The notes beneath the pieces are model-generated. The model searched no databases. It saw nothing but the letters and a program-made list of their open reading frames with translations, and was not told where the DNA came from. This document shows positions 39,458 through 48,425 of a stretch of 64,000 bases of DNA, in pieces; position 1 is the stretch's first letter, and each line of letters starts with the position of its first letter. Source of the DNA: a virus (taxonomy: Duplodnaviria; Caudoviricetes). The stretch lies in IMG/VR virus record IMGVR_UViG_2934543808_000001, positions 32,001 to 96,000 of that record. One strand, written 5' to 3'. Position numbers and translations under genes: made by a program.

Positions 39458-40090
39458 TTACTGTCCCGGGCTGAACAGGTGGCCGCAGGCCGGGCAGCAG
39501 ACGGAGCCGGAGCGTTCGTTGTCGCCGCTGTCGCCGTATCCGTCGTCGGTGAAGTCCTCGCCGAGCATGTCCCGCTCCGGCGTCTCGGTGCCGTCCGGTC
39601 CCTGCGGCAGGCCCTCGGGGTCGACCTCCCGCAGCAGTTGCTCCATCTCGTCGTCGGAGATGCACAGGGAGTCGAACAGGTCGGCGTCGGAGGTCGCCAG
39701 CTCTTCCAGGATCGCGGCGAGGGCTCGGGAGTCCCATCCGCCTGCCATCGGCAGCCGGTTGAGGAGGATGAGCACGGCGTGGGCCTGGCGGTCGCTGGCG
39801 GAGGCCCAGCCGCGGGTGACGGGGACCAGCCATCCGCCGTCGTCGTCCAGGAGCAGGCCGTCAGGGATGGGCTCGCCGCGGACCTGCATCTCTATCAGCG
39901 CTTCGCGGCGGCCGTGGCCTGCGATCACCAGGCTGGTGCGCTCGTCCACGACGGGGGTGTCGATGAACCCGTGGTCCTTGATCGAGGCGATGATCCGCTC
40001 GATCTCATGCTTCTTGGGGTTCGCCGGGTCCGGGGGGAGATCGGTGAGCGGGATGTAGCTGATGTAGCGGGGGGCGGCGAGTCCGGTCAC
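39458..40090 (-). CDS. ParB/Srx N-terminal domain protein with C-terminal CPxC
   Basis: NPKKH..SI..HGF..PVVD..VIAGHGRREA. Confidence 0.8.
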   Translation of the reverse strand: MTGLAAPRYISYIPLTDLPPDPANPKKHEIERIIASIKDHGFIDTPVVDERTSLVIAGHGRREALIEMQVRGEPIPDGLLLDDDGGWLVPVTRGWASASDRQAHAVLILLNRLPMAGGWDSRALAAILEELATSDADLFDSLCISDDEMEQLLREVDPEGLPQGPDGTETPERDMLGEDFTDDGYGDSGDNERSGSVCCPACGHLFSPGQ

Positions 40091-40388
40091 GGCTGCTCCT
40101 GTCGCGCAGCTCGGGCCGGGGGTGAGGAGCGGCCGTTGGTCAGCGAGCCCGCGGACTTCAACCGCGGCGCCCCGGCTCGCTACCGGGACATGCCGTCATG
40201 GCCGGACCGTCGGGCCGCTCCTCGGCCGGCGCCGCCCCACGTGTCCGGACGGGGCTGCGCCGGGGCCCGCGTGGCGAGTTCGGCGGGTGCGCGTTCCACC
40301 GGTCGTCTCTCGGGCCGGGCGGAAGGAACTCATCCCGTCGCGGTTTCTGTCCTGGCCCGTGATCCGGACATGGTGTACAGTCCCCGTT

Positions 40389-40522
40389 TGTGGCCGCACG
40401 AGCGAGCAGCCACACCCGGTCTGGTGTAACGAATTCCGGCCTCACTCCGTCCATAGGGCGGAAGGCCACCAGCGCCAGACCTTCAACGCTCCAAAGCCGG
40501 GTCACCGGCAAACCAGAGAGGT
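40389..40522 (+). ncRNA. Structured leader G (with inserted hairpin domain)
   Basis: TGTGGCCGC-ACGAGCGA-GCAGCCACA; GGTCTGG..CCAGACC insert; AACGCTCC. Confidence 0.6.
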
Positions 40523-40531
40523 ACGTACGCG

Positions 40532-41092
40532 ATGCCCGAGACGGACAACGCACCGACGGTCGGTCAGAGCGACCTGGCGCTGAGGGCTGCGGTGGCCTAC
40601 CGCGTGAAGAAGCGTGTCGCCGAGATCTGCGACCCGGTCATCGAGGAGAACGCCGAGCACATCCGGAACACGAAGGGCACCCGCAGCCTGTCGGCCGAGA
40701 TGCCCCTTGCCGAGGGCGGCACCCAGCCGCTCGGCACCTTCACCCGGACGATGGCGAAGGCGAAGTTCCGCATCGAGGACCGGAAGAAGGTGCTCGACTA
40801 CGCCGACGCGCTGGAAGAGACCGAGTACGTCATCCGCCCCTCCTTCGAGAAGGCGCTCCTGAGCCGCCTGGTCTGGAAGGACTCCCAGGTGATCGACACG
40901 GCCACCGGCGAGATCGTGGAGGGCATCAGCTACGACCCGGGCGGCCTGACCGACACCGTCAGCCCGAAGTGGAACGACGCCGGCATGGAGGCCCTGGACG
41001 CCCTGCTCGGCTTCGTTGACGCGGCGCTGGAGAACCTGCCCCACCTGACGGCGGACGACTTCGCCCTTCCGGTGCTGGAGGCGGGCGAATGA
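40532..41092 (+). CDS. Hypothetical phage protein
   Basis: Behind leader G; VIDTATGEIVEGI motif. Confidence 0.7.
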   Translation: MPETDNAPTVGQSDLALRAAVAYRVKKRVAEICDPVIEENAEHIRNTKGTRSLSAEMPLAEGGTQPLGTFTRTMAKAKFRIEDRKKVLDYADALEETEYVIRPSFEKALLSRLVWKDSQVIDTATGEIVEGISYDPGGLTDTVSPKWNDAGMEALDALLGFVDAALENLPHLTADDFALPVLEAGE

Positions 41093-41394
41093 TCCCCGCG
41101 TTCATGACCGAGTCGCCGTGCTCGCGCATCGACCCCGAGGCGATGTTCCCGGCCCCGTCGGACACGGCGGCCATCGCCTTCGCCAAGGAGCAGGTCTGCG
41201 GCACCTGCCACTTCCGGGCCCAGTGCCTGGAGTGGGCCATCAGCCCGTTCAGCCGCTCCGAGTACGGCATCTTCGGCGGCCACACCGAGGACGAGCGCCG
41301 CGACCTGGTCAAGGCCCGGAAGCTCGCCAAGCCGGTGCGCCTGAACTACGGGCCGCTGCCGCCCAAGCACCAGCGCCTCTCGGCCGCCGCCTGA
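41089..41394 (+). CDS. WhiB-family transcription factor
   Basis: C..DPEAMF..VCGTC..QCLEWA..GIFGGHTEDER. Confidence 0.92.
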   Translation: MIPAFMTESPCSRIDPEAMFPAPSDTAAIAFAKEQVCGTCHFRAQCLEWAISPFSRSEYGIFGGHTEDERRDLVKARKLAKPVRLNYGPLPPKHQRLSAAA

Positions 41395-41460
41395 TCGCCC
41401 GCACGCTTCTGCCCGCCCCGCACCCCGCGCGGGGGCGGGCACCTCTCGCAAGGAACCACC

Positions 41461-41787
41461 GTGATCCCCAGCGACACCCGCTTGGCGCTGATCGACCAGG
41501 CCACCGACAAGGCCGACGAGTCACCTGACGAACTCAGCCCGGAGACCCTGACCGCGTTCGTGCGGCACCTGCGGCGCAACGACCTCGACGTACGCGAGTG
41601 GCACCGCTGCGACGACTTCGCCGCGTCGGCCGGCATGACCCACCACCAGGCCCGCCGGGCGGTCGGACAGCTCGTCCGTGCCGGCCTGCTGGACCGGGAC
41701 GTCGTGCCGCGCCGCGTCCGCCGTCAGGACGGCCGGTACACCGTCTACCGCCTGTCGCCCAGCGCCATGGAAGGGGCAGGCCAGTGA
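41461..41787 (+). CDS. Winged-HTH protein
   Basis: FAASAGMTHHQARRAVGQLVRAGLL. Confidence 0.6.
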   Translation: MIPSDTRLALIDQATDKADESPDELSPETLTAFVRHLRRNDLDVREWHRCDDFAASAGMTHHQARRAVGQLVRAGLLDRDVVPRRVRRQDGRYTVYRLSPSAMEGAGQ

Positions 41788-43019
41788 GCAGCCACGAGAT
41801 GGACGAGCTGGACGAGCAGTTCGAGGTCGTCATCGGCCGCAAGGCGCCCTTCTCCATGATCCCGGACTGGGTGACCCTGTACCCGGGGAGCAAGTCCTCC
41901 CCGATGTACGCGGGGAAGATCCTGTCCCCGACCGCGAAGGCCGTCTACAACGTGCTGGCGATGCACGTGAACGTCTCGCGAGGGGACAGCGCATGCTGGC
42001 CCTCCCGCAAGACCATCGCGCAGATCCTCGGCTTCTCCCGTGAGCAGTCCGTCGACCAGTACCTCGACCAGCTCGATGAGGTCGACGCCATCGACCGCGA
42101 GCCGATCACCCGCGCCAACGGCGCGAAGGGCGTGCGCTACATCGTGCACCAGACGCCGCCCAGCGACTTCGAGGGCGAGCAGAGCGTGGGCGAGCACTAC
42201 AAGCACCGCCGCGCCATCGAGGCGGCGAAGCTGACCCGCTCCCCGGGCCGCCCCCGAAAGACGGAGGCCGCCGACGTCGAGCAGCCCCCGCTCGCCGTGA
42301 CCGAGGTCGAGGCGGAGCCGCAGGAGAGCCCCGCGGACGCGCTCGTGCGCACGACCGTTGACGAGTGGTGGGCACAGGCGGAGGAGCGGGTCGTCCTCGG
42401 CGAGATGGACCCGCTCGGCACCGACCGGCAGAAGGAGCGTGCGCGCGGCAACCTGGTGGCACGCGTCCGGGACGCGGTCGCCACCGGCCACGACCCGGAG
42501 CTGATCAAGCTGGCGCTGCGCGAACTCGGCGAGTGGGGCCCCGCGAAGGCCAAGTTCGAACGAGCGCTCAAGACGTACAAGGACAAGACGCCCGAAGACA
42601 TCGAACTCGACAAGCAGGCGCAGAGCGGCGCCAAGAAGTGGTGGGCCGAGGCCGAGACGCGGGTCGCCGACAAGAAGATGGGCCCGCTCCTCGCCGACAC
42701 CAAGAGGCAGGAGACCGGCTACTACCTCAACCTCCGCACCCGCATCCGGGAGGCCCTGAAGGCGGGATACGACCGCTGGATCATCTGGGACGCCCTGGTG
42801 GAGCTGGGCGAGTGGTCGCCCGCGAAGCGCGAGTTCGACCGCACCCTGCGCCGGCTGTCCGGCGTGCGGCAGCCCCGAGGGGCCCGCGGAGGCCGGGCGC
42901 CGCTGTTCACCAACGACCAGTGGAAGCAGAAAGATCCGCCACCGCAGAGCGGAGCCCCCGACGTTCCGACCGCACCCGACCTGAGCGTGTTCGGTGTCCA
43001 GTCCGATGACGCCGCCTGA
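41784..43019 (+). CDS. Phage replication initiator-like HTH protein with duplicated C-domain
   Basis: LSPTAKAVY..CWPSRKTIAQILG; lies upstream of a DnaC-like gene. Confidence 0.75.
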   Translation: MSSHEMDELDEQFEVVIGRKAPFSMIPDWVTLYPGSKSSPMYAGKILSPTAKAVYNVLAMHVNVSRGDSACWPSRKTIAQILGFSREQSVDQYLDQLDEVDAIDREPITRANGAKGVRYIVHQTPPSDFEGEQSVGEHYKHRRAIEAAKLTRSPGRPRKTEAADVEQPPLAVTEVEAEPQESPADALVRTTVDEWWAQAEERVVLGEMDPLGTDRQKERARGNLVARVRDAVATGHDPELIKLALRELGEWGPAKAKFERALKTYKDKTPEDIELDKQAQSGAKKWWAEAETRVADKKMGPLLADTKRQETGYYLNLRTRIREALKAGYDRWIIWDALVELGEWSPAKREFDRTLRRLSGVRQPRGARGGRAPLFTNDQWKQKDPPPQSGAPDVPTAPDLSVFGVQSDDAA

Positions 43020-43038
43020 CGAGAGGAGGACCGACGAC

Positions 43039-43845
43039 ATGTCCCTCACCATGACCGCCCCAGCGATCCCGGAGACCCGGCAGGTGGTGCGCGCGGACGG
43101 CCCCATAGCCGCGGTCGCGAGCATCCTGCGGCGCCGCGGGATGGACCCCGGCAAGGCGGCGCTGACCGAGGACCGCCCGGACAGCACGGACGAGTACCAG
43201 CGGGAGGTGTACCGGCAGGCGTGGGTGAACTCGCTGCGCCTGTCCGGGCACGACGACTACGCCCGCTTCACCCTCGCCAAGCTGCACGCGGATCAGTTCC
43301 CCGACCACGTGCGCACCTACGTGGACAAGTGCGTGGAGGCGCGGGCCCTCAACCGCGAGCAGGAAAAGCTCCCGGAGGACGAGCGGGAGATCGTCCGGCC
43401 GACGATCCAGCACCTGATCCTGCACGGCTCGACCGGCACCAGGAAGACGGCCACCGCCGCCGCGGCCGGCGCGTACGCCGTGGAGCGCGGCCTGATGACC
43501 CGCTTCGTCTCGCACTCGAAGTATCTGGGCTGGCTCCGGCCGGACAGCGCGCCTGCCGGGCTCACGCGGACGCAGATCCTGGAGCGCTACGAGCGGTGCG
43601 ACGTGCTGATCCTGGACGACCTGTGCGAGGAGATGGACGAGTACGCCACCAACCACGTCCGGACGCTCACCAACAACCTGATCACGGCACGCGCCAACAA
43701 GGGTCGCGGGACGATCTTCACGACGAACCTGAACTTCGACCAGGTCGAGGTCGTTCTCGGCGAGCGCCTGGCGTCCCGGATCGGCGGCCGGGCGCTGCCG
43801 CTCAAGCTCGTCGGCGACGACGCCCGAAAGCCGCAAAGGTGGTGA
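43039..43845 (+). CDS. DnaC/IstB-like ATPase (helicase loader)
   Basis: GSTGTRKT, DVLILDDL, IFTTNL..GERLASRI..GDDAR. Confidence 0.85.
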   Translation: MSLTMTAPAIPETRQVVRADGPIAAVASILRRRGMDPGKAALTEDRPDSTDEYQREVYRQAWVNSLRLSGHDDYARFTLAKLHADQFPDHVRTYVDKCVEARALNREQEKLPEDEREIVRPTIQHLILHGSTGTRKTATAAAAGAYAVERGLMTRFVSHSKYLGWLRPDSAPAGLTRTQILERYERCDVLILDDLCEEMDEYATNHVRTLTNNLITARANKGRGTIFTTNLNFDQVEVVLGERLASRIGGRALPLKLVGDDARKPQRW

Positions 43846-43921
43846 ATGGCGCGGATTCCACTGGTGCGTCGAAAGGGTCACGCCCACCAAGCGGAAGGTG
43901 ATCTAGTCTGTCCGGGACCGG

Positions 43922-43964
43922 TGCGCTCACGAGCGAGAGCGCAGCGCCAACGCTCCTGGAGGAC
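43922..43964 (+). ncRNA. Structured leader H (minimal)
   Basis: TGCGCTC-ACGAGCGA-GAGCGCA..AACGCTCC-T-GGAGGAC. Confidence 0.7.
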
Positions 43965-43970
43965 AGCTTC

Positions 43971-45221
43971 GTGGCCCGACCCCTATCGACGGCGCGCTTC
44001 GCGACCATGTCCGAGGCGGAGATCCGAGCAGCCGAACGCACACTGATTGCAGGGACCTGGGCGATCACGGCCGGGGCCCTGCTCTTCAGCGTGCTCACCG
44101 TCACCCCGCTCGTCCGGTCGGTCAGTCCTCCGGGCTGGGAGTGGACGGCCCCCATCCTCCCGCTCGTCGTGGACGCCGCGGTGATCATCGTGGTGAAGCT
44201 CGACTCCGTCATCTCCCGGCTCGGCGGCGAGGGCGGCGCGTGGCCGGTGTTCCTGCGGTGGATGACCGGCCTGATGACGCTCGCCCTCAACATCGGCGAC
44301 AGCGCCCTGCACCACGACTGGGTGGGCATGGCCGTCCACTCGGTGGCCCCGCTCCTGCTGATCGTCACCGCGGAAGCCGGCCTGTCGTACCGGCGCGCCA
44401 TCAGCGGGGCCCTGGCGCGCATCGCTCGCGAGGAGGCGGAGGCGGCCGAGCGGGAGCGCGCGGAGCGCGAGGCGCAGGCGCAGGCCGACCGGGAGGAGCG
44501 GGAGCGGGCGCGTGCCGCCGAGGAGCAGGCCGAGCGGGACGCTCGCGAGCACGCCGCCAAGCTGGAGCGGGAGCGAGCGGAGCGTGAGGAGGCCCGGCTT
44601 GCCGCCGAGCGCGAGCACGCCCTGGCCGTGGAGAAGGAGCGCTCCGCCCGTGAGCGGGCCGAGCGGGACGCCGCCTTGGAGCAGGAGAAGGCGGCCCGCG
44701 AGTTCACCGCGCGCATGGAGCGGGAGCGGGCCGAGCGGGACGCCGCCGAGCGCCGCCGCCAGGAGGAGCGCGCCGACCGGGAGCGGCGCGAGAAGGCGGC
44801 CCGCGAGGACGAGGAGCGCCGGCGGGCGGACCGGGAGCGGCAGTTGGCGAAGGTGGCCACCACCGCGGCGGTTCCTGCCCCCGGGCGGCGCGTCGCCCCG
44901 GCGAAGGCTACTGGGGGGACGGGCCGCGTCGTGACGGCCGTCGTCATGGACAACGAGTTCGCCGGCATGACGAAGGACAAGGCGGAGGAGGCCCTGTTCG
45001 AGCTGTACCGCGCGGCGCGGGACGCGAGCACGTACGACGACTGGGAGCAGGACCCGCTCGCGCGGCCGGGCGGGGAGTTCTGCGGCAGCAACCTGGGCCG
45101 GCGGCTGGGCCGCTCGGACACTTCGGGCCGCACCAAGGTGAAGCCGAAGTTCGAGCGCTGGTACCAGGAGCACAAGGAGAAGGCTGCGGCCGAGGGCGGC
45201 GTGCTGGTCGGCGTGGGCTGA
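43971..45221 (+). CDS. DUF2637-like membrane protein with long coiled coil
   Basis: APILPLVVD, TLALNI and HSVAPLLL TM motifs; ERERA repeats; behind leader H. Confidence 0.7.
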   Translation: MARPLSTARFATMSEAEIRAAERTLIAGTWAITAGALLFSVLTVTPLVRSVSPPGWEWTAPILPLVVDAAVIIVVKLDSVISRLGGEGGAWPVFLRWMTGLMTLALNIGDSALHHDWVGMAVHSVAPLLLIVTAEAGLSYRRAISGALARIAREEAEAAERERAEREAQAQADREERERARAAEEQAERDAREHAAKLERERAEREEARLAAEREHALAVEKERSARERAERDAALEQEKAAREFTARMERERAERDAAERRRQEERADRERREKAAREDEERRRADRERQLAKVATTAAVPAPGRRVAPAKATGGTGRVVTAVVMDNEFAGMTKDKAEEALFELYRAARDASTYDDWEQDPLARPGGEFCGSNLGRRLGRSDTSGRTKVKPKFERWYQEHKEKAAAEGGVLVGVG

Positions 45222-45365
45222 GCGCGCAAGCAGCAACTGCGGCGGGTGTCCCGGAGAACGGGGCGCCCGCCGCAGTCGTGTCTGGGCTCGACGCAAGCGA
45301 TAGACCACATGGTAAACTGTACACAGTGTCCGGAAGGGATCTAAGCCCTTCCGACGGCACACCAT

Positions 45366-45420
45366 GCCCCGGTACGAGCAAGCCGCGGGCGCCAACGCTC
45401 CGAAGTCAGCCCAGGAGGAC
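45366..45420 (+). ncRNA. Structured leader I
   Basis: GCCCCGGT-ACGAGCAA-GCCGCGGGC..AACGCTCCG..AGGAGGAC. Confidence 0.6.
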
Positions 45421-45428
45421 GGTCACCC

Positions 45429-47000
45429 ATGGCCGACACGACCACAGTGGCCGAGCAAGCCACGCAAGAACCCCTCACCGTCGATGAAGCCATGATCGCC
45501 GTCATGCAGGAGATCGGCCCCGTCGGCAAGAACGGCCGAAACGAGAAGCAGAACTACCAGTTCCAGGCGTACGACGACATCGTGGCCGCCGCCCAGGGCC
45601 CCATGGCGAAGTACGGCCTGCGCATGCTGCCCGAGGTCATCGACCAGAAGCACTTCGTGCGCGGCGAGCGTACGAACGTGGCCATCCTGACCGTGCGGTA
45701 CCGCATCCGCGGGCCGCGCGGGGACGAGATCGACACCCCCATCGTGGTCGTCGGCGAGGGCGCGGACGTGGCGGACAAGGCCAGCAACAAGGCCATGACC
45801 GCTGCGAAGAAGTACGCCTTCAAGCAGGCATTCGAGATCAGCGACGACACCGACGACGGCGACTTCAAGCACCCGGTGGCCGCCGGGGGCCCTGTGGACT
45901 GGTATGTCGCGCAGCTCGACCGCCCCAACGTCTGGCAGAACCCGAACGCCCTGGCCAGTCTGCTGGAGCGGGCAACTGGGGCGGGGCACGACGGTCTGCA
46001 CATGCCGAACCGCCCCGGCATCACCCTCCGCGCGGTGATCGAGGCGCAGGGCCGCAAGCTGCTGGCCGAGCAGCAGGAGCGGCAGCGCCGACAGGCCGAG
46101 GAGGCAGAGGCGATGCGGGCCCAGATGTCCGCCGAGTACCCGGAGCCCTCCGAGCCGTACGACGCGTGGTCCCAGGCCGTACCGGCGCCGCAGGCCCCCC
46201 AGCGCTTGGATGCTCCGGCACCCCCGCCGGCCGCCCCCGCGCCGCAGTGGAACACCCCGCAGGTCCCCGCGCCCGCTCCGCCCGCGCCCGCTCCGCCCGC
46301 GCCGGCTCCGCCCGCCCCCGCTCCGCCTGCCCCCGCCCCGGACGCGACCGTGGTCCAGCGCGAGTTCGCCGCAGCCCTGGCCGACCCGGTCAACGGCTGG
46401 CAGGCGCTCCACGACATGCGCGCCCGCTGGGGGGCGCTGCTCGCCCAAGCCCTGATCCACACCGACCTGTGGGGGACGGTAGACGCCAACAGCGCGGTCA
46501 ACATCGCCATCGCAAGCTGGGCGAGCCTCGTGCAGCAGCACCCCGCGGCCACCGCAGCGCCTATGCCGCCCGCCCCGCCCGCGCCCGCGCCTGCCGTCCC
46601 GACGGCGGCACCGACCGCGCCCGCGCCTCCAGCTGCCCCCGGGCCGGCGGAGGAAGCCACCGCGCCCGCGCTGCGGCTGGCTCCGCGCACGGCCGACATG
46701 AGCGCCGCCGACCGCGCGCGAGCGAACACCGTGGCCGAGCTGGAGTTGCAGGCGCAGATGCTCGGCGTGCCCACGCTGGAGTTCGTCGCGGACCTCCTCC
46801 CCGAAGGAGGGACGAGCGTTGAGGACATCAAGGGCGGGAGCCGCCTCCAGGACCACGTGAAGCAGCACCGCCCCGAGGTCCTGGCGGCGTTCGTCAGCAG
46901 GGGGATGACGGAGGCGGCCTCCGAGTACGCGAAGTTCGGAGATCGCGTGCCTGCCCGAGACATCAACAAGTTCCTCCAGAACATGCTCCAGGTGACCTGA
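45429..47000 (+). CDS. ERF-family ssDNA-annealing recombinase with Pro-rich extensions
   Basis: K-x-GRN..YQF..GEGAD..DKASNKAMTAAKKYA..F-x-I; behind leader I. Confidence 0.85.
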   Translation: MADTTTVAEQATQEPLTVDEAMIAVMQEIGPVGKNGRNEKQNYQFQAYDDIVAAAQGPMAKYGLRMLPEVIDQKHFVRGERTNVAILTVRYRIRGPRGDEIDTPIVVVGEGADVADKASNKAMTAAKKYAFKQAFEISDDTDDGDFKHPVAAGGPVDWYVAQLDRPNVWQNPNALASLLERATGAGHDGLHMPNRPGITLRAVIEAQGRKLLAEQQERQRRQAEEAEAMRAQMSAEYPEPSEPYDAWSQAVPAPQAPQRLDAPAPPPAAPAPQWNTPQVPAPAPPAPAPPAPAPPAPAPPAPAPDATVVQREFAAALADPVNGWQALHDMRARWGALLAQALIHTDLWGTVDANSAVNIAIASWASLVQQHPAATAAPMPPAPPAPAPAVPTAAPTAPAPPAAPGPAEEATAPALRLAPRTADMSAADRARANTVAELELQAQMLGVPTLEFVADLLPEGGTSVEDIKGGSRLQDHVKQHRPEVLAAFVSRGMTEAASEYAKFGDRVPARDINKFLQNMLQVT

Positions 47001-47135
47001 CGCGACGTGCCGACCCCCGCGGGAACCGCAGAGCCCGCGGGGACGGGAGTGGCACGCGCCCCGTCGCGTCACGTCACGTCACGACGGCCGCCCTGTCGAG
47101 CAGCGCGGCACTGCTCGGGGGACGGCCGAGCAAGA

Positions 47136-47710
47136 GGGGTACGGGTCGGTGAGGTCCGCTCGGCGAGGGGTACGCCCGGACCGGGGTACGGGGGGTACGC
47201 CCGCGCGAGGGTGCGGGTACGCCAGCGCATGGGTACGGGGTACGGCCTCAGAGGGGTACGGGGTACGGCCCCGGAGGGGTACGGGGTACGGCGCCGATGC
47301 CCGGGGTACGGGGCACGCCGCTGCAAGGTGCGGTTGCTGCGCGCCGGCCGACTGGGCGCTGTTCCCCGTGGGAACAGCGGAGCCGCAGGCGGCCCTGCGA
47401 ACTCCCTGGAGCAGGACCCCCAGCCCCGTACGGCCCTGTGAGCTGCGATGACGCGCGTACCCCCGCCACGGCGTACCGCGTCCGGTGCACGTACCCGTAC
47501 GCCGTACCCCGTACCTCGGGACGGCCCCGTACCCCGTACCTGCCGCGCGGCCGTACCCCGTACCCGCCGACCCGTACCCCCGCGCACCCTCTGTGCCGAG
47601 GCGTACCCCCGGGAACGGCCGTACCCCGTACTCCCTGCGCGGGGGTACGGGGTACGGATCGTTCAGCGAAGGCGTACCCCTCGGGGAAGGTACGCCTTCG
47701 TAAGGTACGG
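47136..47710. repeat. GGGGTAC/GTACCCC iteron-like field, inverted around a parS-like site
   Basis: About 32 GTAC cores counted by eye; orientation flips at ~47310-47430. Confidence 0.8.
47360..47376. repeat. parS-like palindrome
   Basis: TGTTCCCCGTGGGAACA. Confidence 0.65.
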
Positions 47711-47717
47711 CGTTGCC

Positions 47718-48278
47718 CTACCGACCGGCGGCAGCCGCCTGGGCCGCGTCGCGCTCTTTCCGGCGTTCCTCGGCGGCGAGCCGATCGGCCTCTTCCTCCT
47801 CACGCACCAGCGCAAGGAAGCGCTCCGGGTGCTCGTCGGCCAGTCGCCGGCGCGCGCGGCTGCGGGGACTGCGCTCCGGCAGCAGGTGGCCCCTGCGGGC
47901 CACGATCCCGGCCCAGATGTAGAAGAAGAGCTGGGCCTCCGTCTCGGCCCTGGCGCGGAACTGGTCCAGACGGCGGCGGCGGGCGTTCTCGGACTCACTG
48001 GCTGGAGGCGGCAGGTACTTGTCCGGTTGGGCCAGAAGGTCGGGGATCAGCCGGCGGGCCTTCTTCGTGAGCTGAGGAGATCGGATCGCGTACGCAACCA
48101 CGGGGTCCCGGTCGGCTTCGTCCGCTGAGATGAACGTCGCCAGCACTGCGCCGAACTGCCGGTTGGTGAGGGCGGCGAAGGCGTCGATCTGCGCCTCGAC
48201 GGCCGCGGGGTCCGGCTCCGTCCAATTGCTCTGACGCGAGCCCTTGCCCTCGGGCACGTCTTGCTGCGGTGCCGCCAT
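47718..48278 (-). CDS. Hypothetical helical protein
   Basis: AGGAGG upstream; protein-like ORF. Confidence 0.6.
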   Translation of the reverse strand: MAAPQQDVPEGKGSRQSNWTEPDPAAVEAQIDAFAALTNRQFGAVLATFISADEADRDPVVAYAIRSPQLTKKARRLIPDLLAQPDKYLPPPASESENARRRRLDQFRARAETEAQLFFYIWAGIVARRGHLLPERSPRSRARRRLADEHPERFLALVREEEEADRLAAEERRKERDAAQAAAAGR

Positions 48279-48425
48279 TCCGGCTGGCCCTCCTGGACTC
48301 GATCGTGGCCGGCTGGAGCCGACAGCGGTACGGGCAAGGTGGCCGCCCTGCGACCGATCTCCCCGCGGCCGGATCGTCCCGGATAGCGGCCGGTCCCCGG
48401 CGTTCTGGGCCCGTGGGGCGCAGTG

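Noticed and set aside
46266-46340. 15-bp tandem repeats
   Set aside because: They simply encode the PAPAP linker of the ERF protein.
47007-47703. ORFs across the GTAC repeat field
   Set aside because: Low-complexity GYG/VPRTP translations in several frames with no RBS; better explained as DNA repeats.
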